Positions 12,552 through 25,159 of a DNA stretch of 64,000 nt are shown here, piece by piece (within the stretch, counting starts at the first letter, position 1; each line of letters starts with the position of its first letter). Source of the stretch: Balanoglossus misakiensis (taxonomy: Eukaryota; Animalia; Hemichordata). A program made the position numbers and the translations under genes. The stretch lies in contig CM082577.2 in NCBI GenBank assembly GCA_040954595.2, forward strand, positions 11,937,654 through 12,001,653, written 5' to 3'. The notes under the pieces were generated by a model. That model had not been told where the DNA came from, did not search any database, and worked only from the letters and a program-made list of their open reading frames with translations.

Positions 12552-14754
12552 CACTGTCAGATATGAAGAGTTTATCAGATAGGTTGTCTGTTGTCATCCT
12601 TCTGTCAATTTGTTTGTACATTATCAACTAGTCATACATTTTGTACAGTTTATTGAAAATATGAACTGAAAAAGATGTTGGTTGAATTATTGAAAGTCAA
12701 GAATAACTTGTCTGAATGTTTTGATGTAATAGTCAATGACTTAATAAGGCTGTCTAATATCAATATGTACTTCCTCAACAGACTACAAAGCACACAAACA
12801 GAACCAAGCCTGGTGAGCTAAGATATGCCGGAAAGTACAGCAAAAGATCACAGCGGTTGACTGAAGTGCCAGTCAAGAAGAAAAAGACGCACTCATATCT
12901 GCTGATCCTCACTGCTGTTGTCTTGAATAAGAGGACTGATCCCAAGGAGATTACACAGCCAACCGTTCTCTTCGAAGATGACCCACGTCATATGTCATAA
13001 CGCTCCATGTATTGCACCTGTTCCTCCTATGCAAAAATGTGTCATAGTCAATGAACAAATATCGAGATTTCAAAATAATTGAACCAACATAAGCAAGCTG
13101 ATTCAAATTTTGTAGGCAAGTCCTTCACCGTGATTGAAGTAATACATTGTAAAATGTGTGTGAAACTGTACATTTGTATTTAGGGCTAATTTTTGCCATT
13201 TTCGTCAAAAATTGTTTTCTCTGAAACAGCTTGTCTGATTGCTTGAACTCGGTAGCCATATTCCTTGTGCTGATTGATATAAATATTGTACAGTTTTGAT
13301 GATATTTGTACATTTGTGCTTGTCATGTTAGTGTTTGTATGGACAATTTTTGCCATTTTGGGTCCAAGATCAACTACTGTTGAACTGCTTGTCAGATTGC
13401 CATGACACTTCAAGGCATTTTGCACGTTCATTATTTTACATGTCCATATTTATATATGGTTAGGTCATGTACACTTGCCAATTTCATGTTATTTTTTATT
13501 CCAGTGTACGCCCGTTTCTGGGTAATCCCTAATGGGACTAAACTTTTCCTTCACTCTGTTTTTTTTGGGTTGCAAAATTACTCTACATATTTGTTCAAAG
13601 CTGGCACTTCCGGCCTCCTGTTCGCCATGTTTCCATATTGGTCAAAAAGTATATTTCTTAATGATTAATACATGTACAACTCCAACTATATCCGATACAC
13701 CACATGTATGTGGGAATTCTGATGAAATGGAAGCAGTGTCTTTGATGCCAAGTTTTAAATTTACAACTTTGCTAAACAGGTAACTTTTGTTGAAAAAGTA
13801 GATTGTCTTTCCAATGTGTACAAAAGTATTCTGATAGGCGCAACACTCCAGTGTGGTATTTTCTCTCAAGTGATGTATATATATTCCCAGATATGAAGTT
13901 TAACAATAAACCATATTTTTTTTATCTCATTAGTTTTCTCAGTGTTTTCATCATGGATCGCAAAAGTTAGATGCAATGGGACGGCCAAAATATCAAGTTG
14001 ACTGACAAAAATGTATAACAATGCAGTGAACACAGACATAAATGACATGATTTTATTGAATGAATTTCCTTAATTCTGGATAAAGAAAAATGAGATACAT
14101 GTTGTTGTTCTGAAAAATTGAGTTCACATCTGTTTTTTTACAGTCAACAACATGGCACAGTAAAAGTACATTTCAAACTTGAATTCAATAAAACCAGAAC
14201 AATATTTGTTACAGTTTGATCTTGTTTATATCACATTATCTACAATTTAACAAAAATGGCTCTGCATGTTGATAAGCAGTAATAAGCTTGCAACCAACCA
14301 CTCTCTGTATTTGAAGATAGATATTGCAGTATTGATGTAAGCAACAGTTTTGAATGTGGCATTGTGTTTATGTGAAACTTAGAATTATATGATATTTAAT
14401 GGTTGTATCAAATCCAGTTTTCTAAAACATCAGACAACTCTGTCTCAGAATGTAATTTGTCAAAAAGTATATAAATTATCTAAAATGAAATTAATACTTG
14501 TTGGATGTGGATAATGATCACTTGCCATTAACTTTATAAAATCGTCAAATTTGAACTTCATTGAAATTATTATCGTCAAGCTATATTATGAAAGACTTGG
14601 ACCACATTTTATGAAAGAATGAGATTTTAATTCCCCCCGAGAGTCCCGAAATCCTGTATGTACCATCTCCAGAAGGAAATGTATCCCTTATCATCCACAC
14701 CACACAAGATGGGCACACGACACGGTTACCACCCCTACTTTATACACTATGAAA

Positions 14755-16935
14755 TTATTCTGTCTGATTTATAATTATTCTCCATATCTCTGAAGCAACA
14801 CTATAATCAAACAAATATTCTGACAGAAGATCCTCCTCAGAATGGACGTAGTGTAAATTTCGCACAATATCTGAAATAGTGATGTCAGTTAATCCAGTCA
14901 TAACAATAGCTGTTACCAGCCCTTCAGTGACTGATTGTCTATATGATAAAATATCATTCTTAATAGGACTTCTGTCTTCTTCGGAAATGTCCTTGACAAT
15001 TCTTTCACTATCCAGAGCAGCAGCCAGCAGTTCATTATCTGTCACTCTCTCAGGACCTGGGTTTGGTGGACACTGACCACATGTACATGAAAGCTTACAT
15101 ATGTCACAACAGTAATGCATTATAGCTGGTTTCTCTACATTAATGTCCTCGATATGTCCATAATGTTCAAGGAGTATTTTCCGACAACATATGGCCTCAG
15201 ACTTACAGTACTTTCTCATAGCTACATCAGTGGCAGTAGCACTAATGTCAATGGGGTGGTAATATACAGTGGAATATGATTGCTGACCGTTCCTTCCAGC
15301 CCTGCCTGCTTCCTGTGTGAAGCCTTCAAATGTTCTGAATGCTCCCCAGTGGATAATCATGAATAAATCCGGTGCATCAACGCCCATACCAAATGCTACT
15401 GTGGCAATCACAACGCGCAATTTACACAAAGGGTCACTGAAAGCCGTCTCTATGTATATCTTGTTTTTGACAGGCGTTGAGTGATGGTACATGGCAAACA
15501 GAGAATTTCTGATACCTGGTGAACCAGTCCAAGCCTCATCACTAAGCTCATCCTGAAAATATTTGTACAGACTGCCACATGCTTTTATGCTCCTGCAATA
15601 TATAATGTACTTATGGCATTCTTGTTTAGTGGTTCTGAGCTCTTCAACCAGCCAGAAAAAAGTGTCTGCAATATACAATGGTGCTTTGAAAGCCTGGTAA
15701 AATATATTTCTGCGGTCCAGGCTTGTGGTGACCACTTCACACTTTCCCATGCAGAGTATCTTAGTAACATCCCACTGCATTTCGGGTGTTGCTGTTGCAG
15801 TCAGTGCTGCCATACTTGCTTTTGGCAGGATACTCCTTAATTCACCAATTCTGGCATATTCTTGTCTGAAGGCTTTACCCCTGCAACAAAGCAATTGCAT
15901 ATTTAGTGATATAATACACAGTGACTTTATTTGACTGTGTCCTTCAACACTTGTACACAGTAGTGGGTAGCTTGAAATGTGGCCAAGTGTAAACAAAGTT
16001 TTGTTACTATCTTTTCAAAAAGATCCATAAAAGTAATCACTGCTTGTAACTTTACTTTTTTTAAGAAAAAAACATCATGACAAGCAATACTACCATGATA
16101 CATAAAAATACATTGTACCCTAATGTTTGCATAAGACTCACCATTGAACAACCCAATGAGCTTCATCAACAACAATACAACGAATTCCATCCTGGTACAC
16201 AGGTTGAATAAGTGTGTCTCGCCAATCTCCACTGAACAGTGCCTCGGGACTAAGTAGCATGATAGCATTATCTGCATCTGTCAAAATATATATGAAATCA
16301 TACAAATGTACAATAAAATCATACAATATGGGTGTATTATCAAGCAGGCTAGAAGTTAAATTGATATAATTCTAAGGTGTCTTTACTTCTTTAGTTACAT
16401 CAAAGTTGTCTATGATGTTGAATGAAGTTTTATTGGTATATCTGAAAGACTGGATACATGTATTATACATTACACAAAGCACAATGTCTTTTAAACAGTA
16501 AAAAAAGTATGTACACAGAAATATTGCATGTTATTAAAGAAACAATTAAAACAAACCTGGTTTACACTGTTGATTCAGGTGGACAGCTTTCACTCCCATT
16601 CGGTTTAATCTTTCTACTTGATCAATGGTGATATAACTATGACTCTATTGCCTGTGGTACCATGGTAACAGTCAAAAACACAGGGTAGCAGTGCATACAC
16701 CAATGTTTTTCCGTAACCGGTTGGCAGTATGCCGAAGACATCTCTACCTAGTACGAGAGTTTGCAGACATTCAACCTGTCTTGTCTTTTAAAAACAATGC
16801 AGAAAAAAAACGTAACTGTATATATGTACCATCTCCAGAAGGATCAAAGTTGGGGTTTATCTGCTTCAACAGCGTCGCTAAGCGACCACGTTTACCAGTC
16901 ATTACGCTTGCATCATCAGATACAAATCCAGACAT
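14755..16935 (-). pseudogene. RecQ-like superfamily 2 helicase, copy 1 (frameshifted first exon)
   Basis: Motifs PTGYGKT, DEAH, ALTATA, YCRS, ATVAFGMGVD, QEAGRAGR and a C-terminal Cys cluster. Exons ~16935-16558, 16277-16142, ~15879-14755. Relative to copy 2, exon 1 has a +1 insertion (~16780) and a short deletion (~16622). Confidence 0.85.
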
Positions 16936-17672
16936 CTTTTCTATTTCTAGATTGTATGGTAATCCATGAATTTCTCCAGAAGCAGCTTTAGCATTGCTTC
17001 TGCTCTGGCAGAGTCTGCATCTTTAAGGACAATCTTAACAAACAGAAATGTTGTTTCAGCAGAAGAATTCAGCATTGAAGAACTGAATAAAACAAACAAA
17101 TTGGTAGTAACTGAAATGTCATTGACATCATCACACATCACACATCACACCATAGCATTTTTACTTGACGAAGCTTTTCCAACAATGACTTGTTCACTTC
17201 TTCCCCTATATATACATGGTCGAGACAACTATTCGAAGCTGGACGTGATATATACCATTGACTAATTTTGCCATGTTAAAAGACAACAATGATTGAGGTA
17301 CAAAATGTTTAGAAGCCTGGGCAGATAAGAGGTCAATATTGAAATCACCACACACAATCAATTCATTGCTTTCAATGTCAAGATAACCATTCTCAATGTT
17401 TTGTATAATAGAATTTTGCTATGAGGAGATATTGAGAATTTCAAAAATTCCAACCTATTTTATTGTATAACCTTAAAATTTGTGTAAATCTGATCTGCTA
17501 CAAGGAAAATTGGGAATAAAACAAGAAAAGAAACATTTCAAAAAGCAAAGTCGTACACTACGTATAGGTGTCAGCTACAGTATGCATGGTCACCCAACTT
17601 TGTCCTCATGATTCAACAGCAATGTGAAGAATTGTATTGCAGGTAGTGAGAACTACTTTATACACTATGAAA

Positions 17673-19846
17673 TTATTCTGTTTGATTTATAATGATTCTC
17701 CATATCTCTGAAGCAACACTATAATCAAACAAATATTCTGATAGAAGATCCTCCTCAGAATGGACGTAGTGTAAATTTCGCACAATATCTGAAATGGTGA
17801 TGTCAGTTAATCCAGTCATAACAATAGCTGTTACCAGCCCTTCAGTGACTGATTGTCTATATGATAAAATATCATTCTTAATAGCACTTCTGTCTTCTTC
17901 GGAAATGTCCTTGACAATTCTTTCACTATCCAGAGCAGCAGCCAGCAGTTCATCATCTGAACACTGACCACATGTACATGAAAGCTTACATATGTCACAA
18001 CAGTAATACATTATAGCTGGTTTCTCTACATTAATGTCCTGGATATGTCCATAATGTTCAAGGAGTATTTTCCGACGACAAATGGCCTCAGACTTACAGT
18101 ACTTTCTCATAGCTACATCAGTGGCAGCAGCACTAATGTCAATGGGGTGGTAATATACTGTGGAATATGATTGCTGACCGTTCCTTCCAGCCCTGCCTGC
18201 TTCCTGTGTGGAGCCTTCAAATGTTCTGGATGCTCCCCAGTGGATAATCATGAATAAATCTGGTGCATCAACGCCCATACCAAATGCTACTGTGGCAATC
18301 ACAACGCGCAATTTACACAAAGGGTCACTGAAAGCCGTCTCTATGTATATCTTGTTTTTGACAGGCGTTGAGTGATGGTACATGGCAAACAGAGAATTTC
18401 TGATACCTGGTGAACCAGTCCAAGCCTCATCACTAAGCTCATCCTGAAAATATTTGTACAGACTGCCACATGCTTTATTTATGCTCCTGCAATATATAAT
18501 GTACTTATGGCATTCTTGTTTAGTGGTTCTGAGCTCTTCAACCAGCCAGAAAAAAGTGTCTGCAATATACAATGGTGCTTTGAAAGCCTGGTAAAATATA
18601 TTTCTGCGGTCCAGGCTTGTGGTGACCACTTCACACTTTTCCATGCAAAGTATCTTAGTAACATCCCGCTGCATTTTGGGTGTTGCTGTTGCAGTCAGTG
18701 CTGCCATACTTGCTTTTGGCAGGATACTCCTTAATTCACCAATTCTGGCATATTCTTGTCTGAAGTCTTTACCCCTGCAACAAAGCAATTGCATATTTAG
18801 TGATATAATACACAGTGACTTTATTTGACTGTGTCCTTCAACACTTGTACACAGTACTGGGTAGCTTGAAATGTGGCCAAGTGTAAACATAGTTTTGTGT
18901 TACTATCTTTTCAAAAAGATCCATAAAAGTAATCACTGCTTGTAACTTTACCTTTTTTAAGAAAAAAAACATTATCATGACAAGCAATACTACCATGATA
19001 CATAAAAATACATTGTACCCTAATGTTTGCATAAGACTCACCATTGAACAACGCAATGAGCTTCATCAACAACAATACAACGAATTCCATCCTGGTACAC
19101 AGGTTGAATAAGTGTGTCTCGCCAATCTCCACTGAAAAGTGCCTCGGGACTAAGTAGCATGATAGCATTATCTGCATCTGTCAAAATATATATGAAATCA
19201 TACAATCATACAAATGTACAATAAAATCATACAATATGGGTGTATTATCAAGCAGGCTAGAAGTTAAATTGATATAAGTGTCTTTACTTCTTTAGTTACA
19301 TCAAAGTTGTCTATGATGTTGAATTAAGTTTTATTGGTATATCTGAAAGACTGGATACATGTATTATACATTACACAAAGCACAATGTCTTTTAAACAGT
19401 AAAAAAGTATGTACACAGAGATATTGCATGTTAAGAAACAATTAAAACAAACCTGGTTTACACTGTTGATTCAGGTGGACAGCTTTCACTCCCATTCGGT
19501 TTAACGTTTCTACTTGATCAGCCATCAATGATATCAATGGTGATATAACAATGACTCTATTGCATGTGGTACCATGGTAACAGTCAAAAACACAGGGTAG
19601 CAGTGCATACACCAATGTTTTTCCGTAACCGGTTGGCAGTATGCCGAAGACATCTCTACCTAGTACGAGATTTTGCAGACATTCAACCTGTTTGTCTTTT
19701 AAAAACAATGCAGAAAAAAAACGTAACTGTATATATGTACCATCTCCAGAAGGATCAAAGTTGGGGTTTATCTGCTTCAACAGCATCGCTAAGCGACCAC
19801 GTTTACCAGTCATTACGCTTGCATCATCAGATACAAATCCAGACAT
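17673..19846 (-). CDS. RecQ-like superfamily 2 helicase, copy 2 (open spliced frame, ~543 aa; AcademH-type transposon helicase with a hAT-derived N-terminus)
   Basis: Exons 19846-19453, 19177-19042 and 18774-17673 join in frame (1632 nt). Motifs LPTGYGKT, VISPLISLMADQ, VVDEAHC, WGKDFR, ALTATAT and QEAGRAGR. Confidence 0.85.
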
Positions 19847-20050
19847 CTTTTCTATTTCTAGATTGTATGGTAATCCATGAATTTCTCCAGAAGCAGCTTT
19901 AGCATTGCTTCTGCACTGGCAGAGTCTGCATCTTTAAGCACATTCTTAACAAACAGAAATGTTGTTTCAGCAGAAGAATTCAGCATTGAAGAACTGAATA
20001 AAACAAACAAATTGTTCAGTAACTGAAATGTCATTGACATCATCACACAT
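19760..20050 (-). pseudogene. hAT (ZNF862-like) transposase fragment (second copy ~16850-17140)
   Basis: DDVNDISVTEQFVCFIQFF...ETTFL...SAEAMLKLL...MSGFVSDDASVMTGKRGRLAMLLKQ resembles the hAT DESTD and SDGASVMTG blocks; frameshifted. Confidence 0.7.
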
Positions 20051-20109
20051 CACACCATAGCATTTTTACTTGACGAAGCTTTTCCAACAATGACTTGTTC
20101 ACTTCTTCC

Positions 20110-20580
20110 CCAATATATACCAGGTCAAGACAACCATTCAAAGCTGGACGTGTTATACCGTTGACTACTTGGGCCATGTTAAAAGACAACAATGATTGGT
20201 GTAGGCCTACAAAATGTTTAGAAGCCTGGGCAGATAAGAGGTAAATATTGAAATCACCACACACAATCAATTCATTGCCTTCAAGATAGCCATTCTCAAT
20301 GTTTTGTATATAATAGCAACATCAACATCTCTGGGGGAGCTAGGTGGACGATAAACTCAAGTTAACATGATTGTATCCACATATAAATTTCCAAATGTTC
20401 GTTATCCAAATCATAACGTCTAACAAAATGTCTATATTGGTATCAATATATGTGACAAGACCACCACCAGACTTCATAAATCGGTCTTTACGTTCAAAAT
20501 TATAATTATCAAGTACAAATTCAGAGTTAGAAAAGTCCTCTGACAAAAAACTTTCAACGTTACAAAGGACATCGTCATCG
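20110..20580 (-). pseudogene. LINE (CR1/L2-type) AP-endonuclease fragment
   Basis: LCNVESFL...YNFERKDRFMKSGGGLVTYI and IVCGDFN...QVVNGITRP...CLDLVY are typical non-LTR APE motifs. Confidence 0.8.
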
Positions 20581-20859
20581 ATAGAAAAGTAAAAGAGTGT
20601 ATTCATTTTTCTGTATGCTCTTTGAAGCCTCCTCTGCGTAGTGTTTCCACAGTAGCAACAGCGATTGGTAATTTCTTGGTGTTGCTGGTGACAAGAGGAA
20701 CATCGATATAGCAGTGTGGCAAGTGGCTGGTGGTTTTTGAGCTTGCATTTTGCGTTCCACCAAACACGAAATGCTTCAGTCTACATCAGTTACATAATAT
20801 ATGTAGTGAAGACAACTATTCGAAGGTGATTTCGCACAGGTCTTCAAAAAACGGCATTG

Positions 20860-21140
20860 ATTTTCGCGCCCGAGCGCTTCTGTTATTGTTGTCCATAACC
20901 TCCTTGAATTTCGCTTTGAGGCTTTTGATTTTTCTATGGCACTGTTCGGCGCTCCTTTTCAGCCCTGTTGCCTTTTCGGAGATAGGTCTGTAGTTCTATA
21001 GGGGCCTACACTGGGCTGTCTCTCGACGTGCCGTCCATCATTTTTAGTACTCTTTCGTCACACCAGACGGCCAGCAAAATCTTTACTTCGTCGTCTGTCC
21101 AGTTGTTTCCGCGTGCGGAAAGTTAATACGTCTGCCATGC
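20860..21140 (-). pseudogene. Myb/SANT-like (trihelix) DNA-binding domain fragment, Harbinger-associated type
   Basis: The minus strand reads RGNNWTDDEVKILLAVW...KIKSLKAKFKEVMDNNR with stops and frameshifts. Confidence 0.6.
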
Positions 21141-21396
21141 TGGACTTCTCAATTCATAGTTCCACCCTACGGTATAAGCCACGCCCCCCCCCCCCTTGGT
21201 TACTGTTGCTACGCCCCACAAGCTTCTTGTCCCTCAAAGCTTGCGGGACATTGACCTCCATAGCTCCACAACGTGGATGGGGAAACTAGATTCGTTCAGC
21301 GATAGTCTGCGCAACGTTCCTGGCGATATTTCTGTATGCTACCTACCAGAGTTAAAAAACCTATCCATGAAGTCACAGGAAAAGGGTTTAATTAGG

Positions 21397-21718
21397 TATA
21401 ATTCCCCCTTATTTCGAACGAGTGTGCCTGCATCGCGGACGATAGCGGCCGTATCCCCCCGGGCCGCAGGCTATAGGGCAGGTTTGTCTTAACCGCCATC
21501 TTGGAAACAAGGTGCGTTGTGGGATAGAATTGGAAGGTTTTGGAGGGATAATTGGAGGGTTCATTATGCACATGTGCATAATTACCCCTCCAAAACCCTC
21601 CAATTCTATCCCACAACGCACCTTGTTTCCAAGATGGCGGTTAAGACAAACCTGCCCTATACTGGGAATGTCGAGTTCGCGACGCAGACACACGAGTGAG
21701 GAATACGGGGGAATTATA
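21397..21718. mobile_element. Palindromic MITE, possibly nested (inner near-perfect inverted repeat 21472-21661)
   Basis: Outer ends TATAATTCCCCC...GGGGGAATTATA. Inner arm TATAGGGCAGGTTTGTCTTAACCGCCATCTTGGAAACAAGGTGCGTTGTGGGATAGAATTGGA is followed by its exact reverse complement. Confidence 0.9.
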
Positions 21719-24701
21719 TGTTTATCACATACATAGACCTAGTTTCCATGAAATTGAGCTTCTTTGTGAATTTAAAACATTTCAGCGAAAAAAATAGCAC
21801 TATTTTAAAACGATCGAAAGATCATGTTATGCGGTCGGGGTCACACGCAAACGGACATACCGCGATCAGCTGTAGCAATGGCTGTAGTAATAACGGGCCT
21901 CGAAGGTTAAGTTTATCGTGCTATTTCTGAGTGAAATCAGACGAAATACGAGACACAAGAGGTATCACTTCACCTGAAGATATTTTTGGTAGGTAAATAT
22001 GGATGAAAGCACTGATAACACAGCGAATTCAGGAAACTACGTGAACGTTACTTGGATTGACAGCGCGCAGCCCCATTGTTTACAACGCCGGACATTTTAT
22101 AACGGGTCGAACAACATTGACTTTTCGAATGGAAATTGCAAGCGGCATATGAATTTCAAAATTTTCAAACACTTTAGCAATAAAATCATTGTTAAATATT
22201 TATATTGAAGACGTTTCAGTTTAAAATCTAAACGCAAACGTTTAATATCCACCACCTGAGACACCTCTCTCTCTGCGTTTTTGGCTTCGAAAACGGAACA
22301 AAAAATATACTCGATGTTGGGTCAAGGTACCTTTCATCTGATTTACACGTCCCCCAGGCGCATCTCTTCACTATTCTGGCCGATATTTTAAAACCATTAA
22401 GTTCCTAAAACTGGAAAAAAAACTTCCAGTCTGTCTATCTCTAACTGAGCGTGTACTGTAGGCTGGGCCACGTTGTTGATTATATGTGGGACTAAACACT
22501 CTCAAAGCTGGGTACTCATTTGCATGCATAATTAGGGGTTTTATTTCAAATGAAGGACGCCCTCATCTCACTATCGGTGACCGTTAGACGATTTTTCAGC
22601 GAAGAAAAAATCGTCAAAATACAGTTAGAAAGGTGAGTGATTCTCATGATTTTGGTATCTTCCAAATGTTTAAGGTCTCCGGTTTCGCCCACGAAAAAAA
22701 ATCGTGAAACTGACGCGTATTTTTTGAAACATGGGTTAAATACGAGTTTTGTAGGCCTGTGTACACGGCCTGATAAAACACTGCGTCATTTTCGTTGGCA
22801 AGCAATTATCATTATTTTATACCCAGAAATGTTGAGATTTGATATCAAAACATCGATATAAGAGAGATTTTTTGGTGTTCACGAGCATTTGATGTTCGTA
22901 ATTAGCCATGGAAAAGTCACGATTTTAACCCTGTGAAATCCAGCATGGCGGCTGTGTGATGACGTTTACGTAGCCTGTACTATGTAGGCTGCAATGTTGA
23001 TTGCGTTGATGTTAATGGGGATAGACACATTTCGGACATGTTTCAAAATTTCCGTCCATGATTGAAAATTTCTACATGTCAAGCAAATTACTTAGCCAAC
23101 ATTTGTTGTTTTATATTTCAGATTTCTGCCAACTGTGTCCAACCTGGTGACTGCTCGCACAGTCCGTGTCCTTGTCCACTGCATGCAGAGTGACGACCGA
23201 TAGGCTACTCCCAGTCAAAGCGTACACTATGTACATGTATAATGTAATTCCTATATAAAACAGTGCTGTTCCTTTTCATATCAAATTGGTCTCTCAGTTT
23301 ATTCTAGATTGTATGATACTGGTAAATTTGTACTGATTGTGACAATAAAACATATAACAGGCTTTGTGGAATTGTACAAACTTTGTTTTCTTGTTGGGAC
23401 ATCAGATATATCATGTCAATATGTGTTCAACTAGCAGTCACTGAGTCAGCCTTGAAACTCCTATCCTGGACTTGTAAACTTTCCCACGCCAAACATGGGG
23501 ATCAGCAAAGACAGATTGAAATTCACACACTTTGCTGTCCATATGTTTTAATAAATCATGCAAACTATGCACCTGAATATTGTACAAAATACACAAATAC
23601 CTGAACCCTTATGTCTACCCCCAGAGCAGGCTAATCGGGCCGATATACGCACTTGTGCGGGCGTTTCTAGCCGTGAACGTGAGTTGCCGGCGCGTTACAC
23701 GGCCGTGTGTGACGCCGGGAACACAAAGATCTGTGCGCAGGCCAGGGCGTGTTGATTTGCGGTCCCGATGTGGACACTGGCGAAGCCTGTCCTTCTCAGT
23801 GAGATTGTACGTGAAACCATAGACAGCAGAGGTGAAACACGTCGGGCTTACGGCAATATTTGTGACCCCAATTGCCCAACAGATGATTTATCAGTTATCA
23901 CCAAAATACGTCTAAGTAGATCTAAAGGCTTATTCTTACTGTGAAGCCCTATATTCAATTTTACTTCCGCGTTCCCGGTCGAGGTCGATTTCACGCTGCA
24001 CCGCAGGACAAAACACTGCGTCAGTTTCGTTGGCAAGGACGCAGAACCCTCAAACTTGCCACAAGTGTTTATGCATATCTATTAAATATTTTTCCCAAAT
24101 ATGAAGAGTGTTCACGACCTGTAACCTTAGTAAATCGGGACTTAAATCGGAGAATTACCTTTCAGTCAGAGTGGGTCAAAGTATGGCGACGATGACAGCA
24201 GAAGTTTTTACAAAAATCGGCCTCTTGCGTTTTATTATACATTCTAAAACTGTTGTTTATGAAAATTAGATATACAGTTTACCTAAAACCGATGAGATTT
24301 TCGCCGGTCAATCAACCAGTGACAAGAAAATCAAGTTCAAACCTGCACAACTTTCTCGCTCATATGCGCGCTGATTCTGCACTTTGGCCTCGCATGCCCA
24401 AGCGAAATCTCATTAGCATATCATTTGCATCAAAGAAAATATGCTAATTTCGGACCCATGTTTCAGAGTGTAAATGGCGGTTGTGTGAACAGCATGACTT
24501 TTCTCGGCTCTGATTGGCTGAGGGTTCAGTGTGATTGACAGCTGTGGAACCATGAATAGAAACTGACCAGAGGTAATGGGTTACCTCATAAATATGCGCA
24601 AAGGTCGCCGCAGGGTGGCGCTTTTTAATGATTTTTGTTTATCTTTGCGTTCTCACTGAATATTTGTGTGGGAGCGCTGGCGGCGGCGGCTGGCCCAGCA
24701 C

Positions 24702-25159
24702 TAGTCTCGGTTACCCAGACGCCTTTGCTTCTTCCGATGCTCTCCAGAAAAGGGTCTGGGGAAATGATATTGAAAGCTTTGTAAAACAAAATGGCCGATG
24801 TCAGGATTTTGATCATCGCCTGATTGGCTGAGCTGTCAGTATGACCCGGGTCACTGACTTTCGACAATGTGTGATTATTTGTCGTATCTTCATATCAAGA
24901 GACCGGTACTTGTTGGTTGATGCGAAAGGCAAAATGCGTCCTCTGTTAGCATTGTTGGAGAAATTATATGAAATATCTTTGGTAGACGATTGTCGAAACT
25001 ATTACAATGACCCGGGTCATACAGACAGCTCAGCCAATCAGGCGATGATCAAAATCCTGACATCGGCCATTTTGTTTTACAAAGCTTTCAATAGCATTTC
25101 CCCAGACCCTTTTCTGGAGAGCATCGGAAGAAGCAAAGGCGTCTGGGTAACCGAGACTA
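24702..25159. mobile_element. Non-autonomous element with ~150-bp TIRs, TAG..CTA termini and 9-bp TSD (AcademH-like)
   Basis: GCCCAGCAC|TAGTCTCGGTTACCCAGAC ... GTCTGGGTAACCGAGACTA|GCCCAGCAC; TIRs near-perfect. Confidence 0.9.

Larger units (their letters stand above)
6800..13050 (+). pseudogene. Decayed, intron-containing DDE transposase (Kolobok-like family), interrupted by nested insertions
   Basis: Fragments in the expected order: SGNNYRKFSLLCQAFNL...INWFWQKKQ (7430-7570); FLAGDGRSDSPGFSAQYCSYTFM...DKREVALKSPVME...VTTDASSQI (8600-8852); KWTSILHHVTGTHEWFGGSCDHGP...YYTKFR (9562-9748); SKRSQRLTEVPVKKKK...EDDP (12840-12985). Frameshifts and stops are present. Superfamily is assigned from remembered motifs. 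Confidence 0.75.
14735..20315. repeat. Tandem duplication of ~2.7 kb (14735-~17412 and 17653-~20315)
   Basis: Both copies start CTACTTTATACACTATGAAATTATTC and stay near-identical through to CCATTCTCAATGTTTTGTATA. A ~240-bp unique spacer separates them. Confidence 0.95.

Noticed and set aside
14290-14450. Possible C-terminal remnant of an Academ-type transposase on the minus strand (..IFKYREWL..)
   Set aside because: Too short and interrupted by stops to support without a search.
21196-21930. Weak resemblance to transposon-associated N-terminal or THAP-like peptides (KSQEKGL; CSNGCSNN)
   Set aside because: Only a few residues match and no downstream domain motifs are present.
22770-24040. 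Shared ~35-bp block AAAACACTGCGTCA.TTTCGTTGGCAAG at ~22776 and ~24010
   Set aside because: Probably remnants of one repeat family; no boundaries could be defined.
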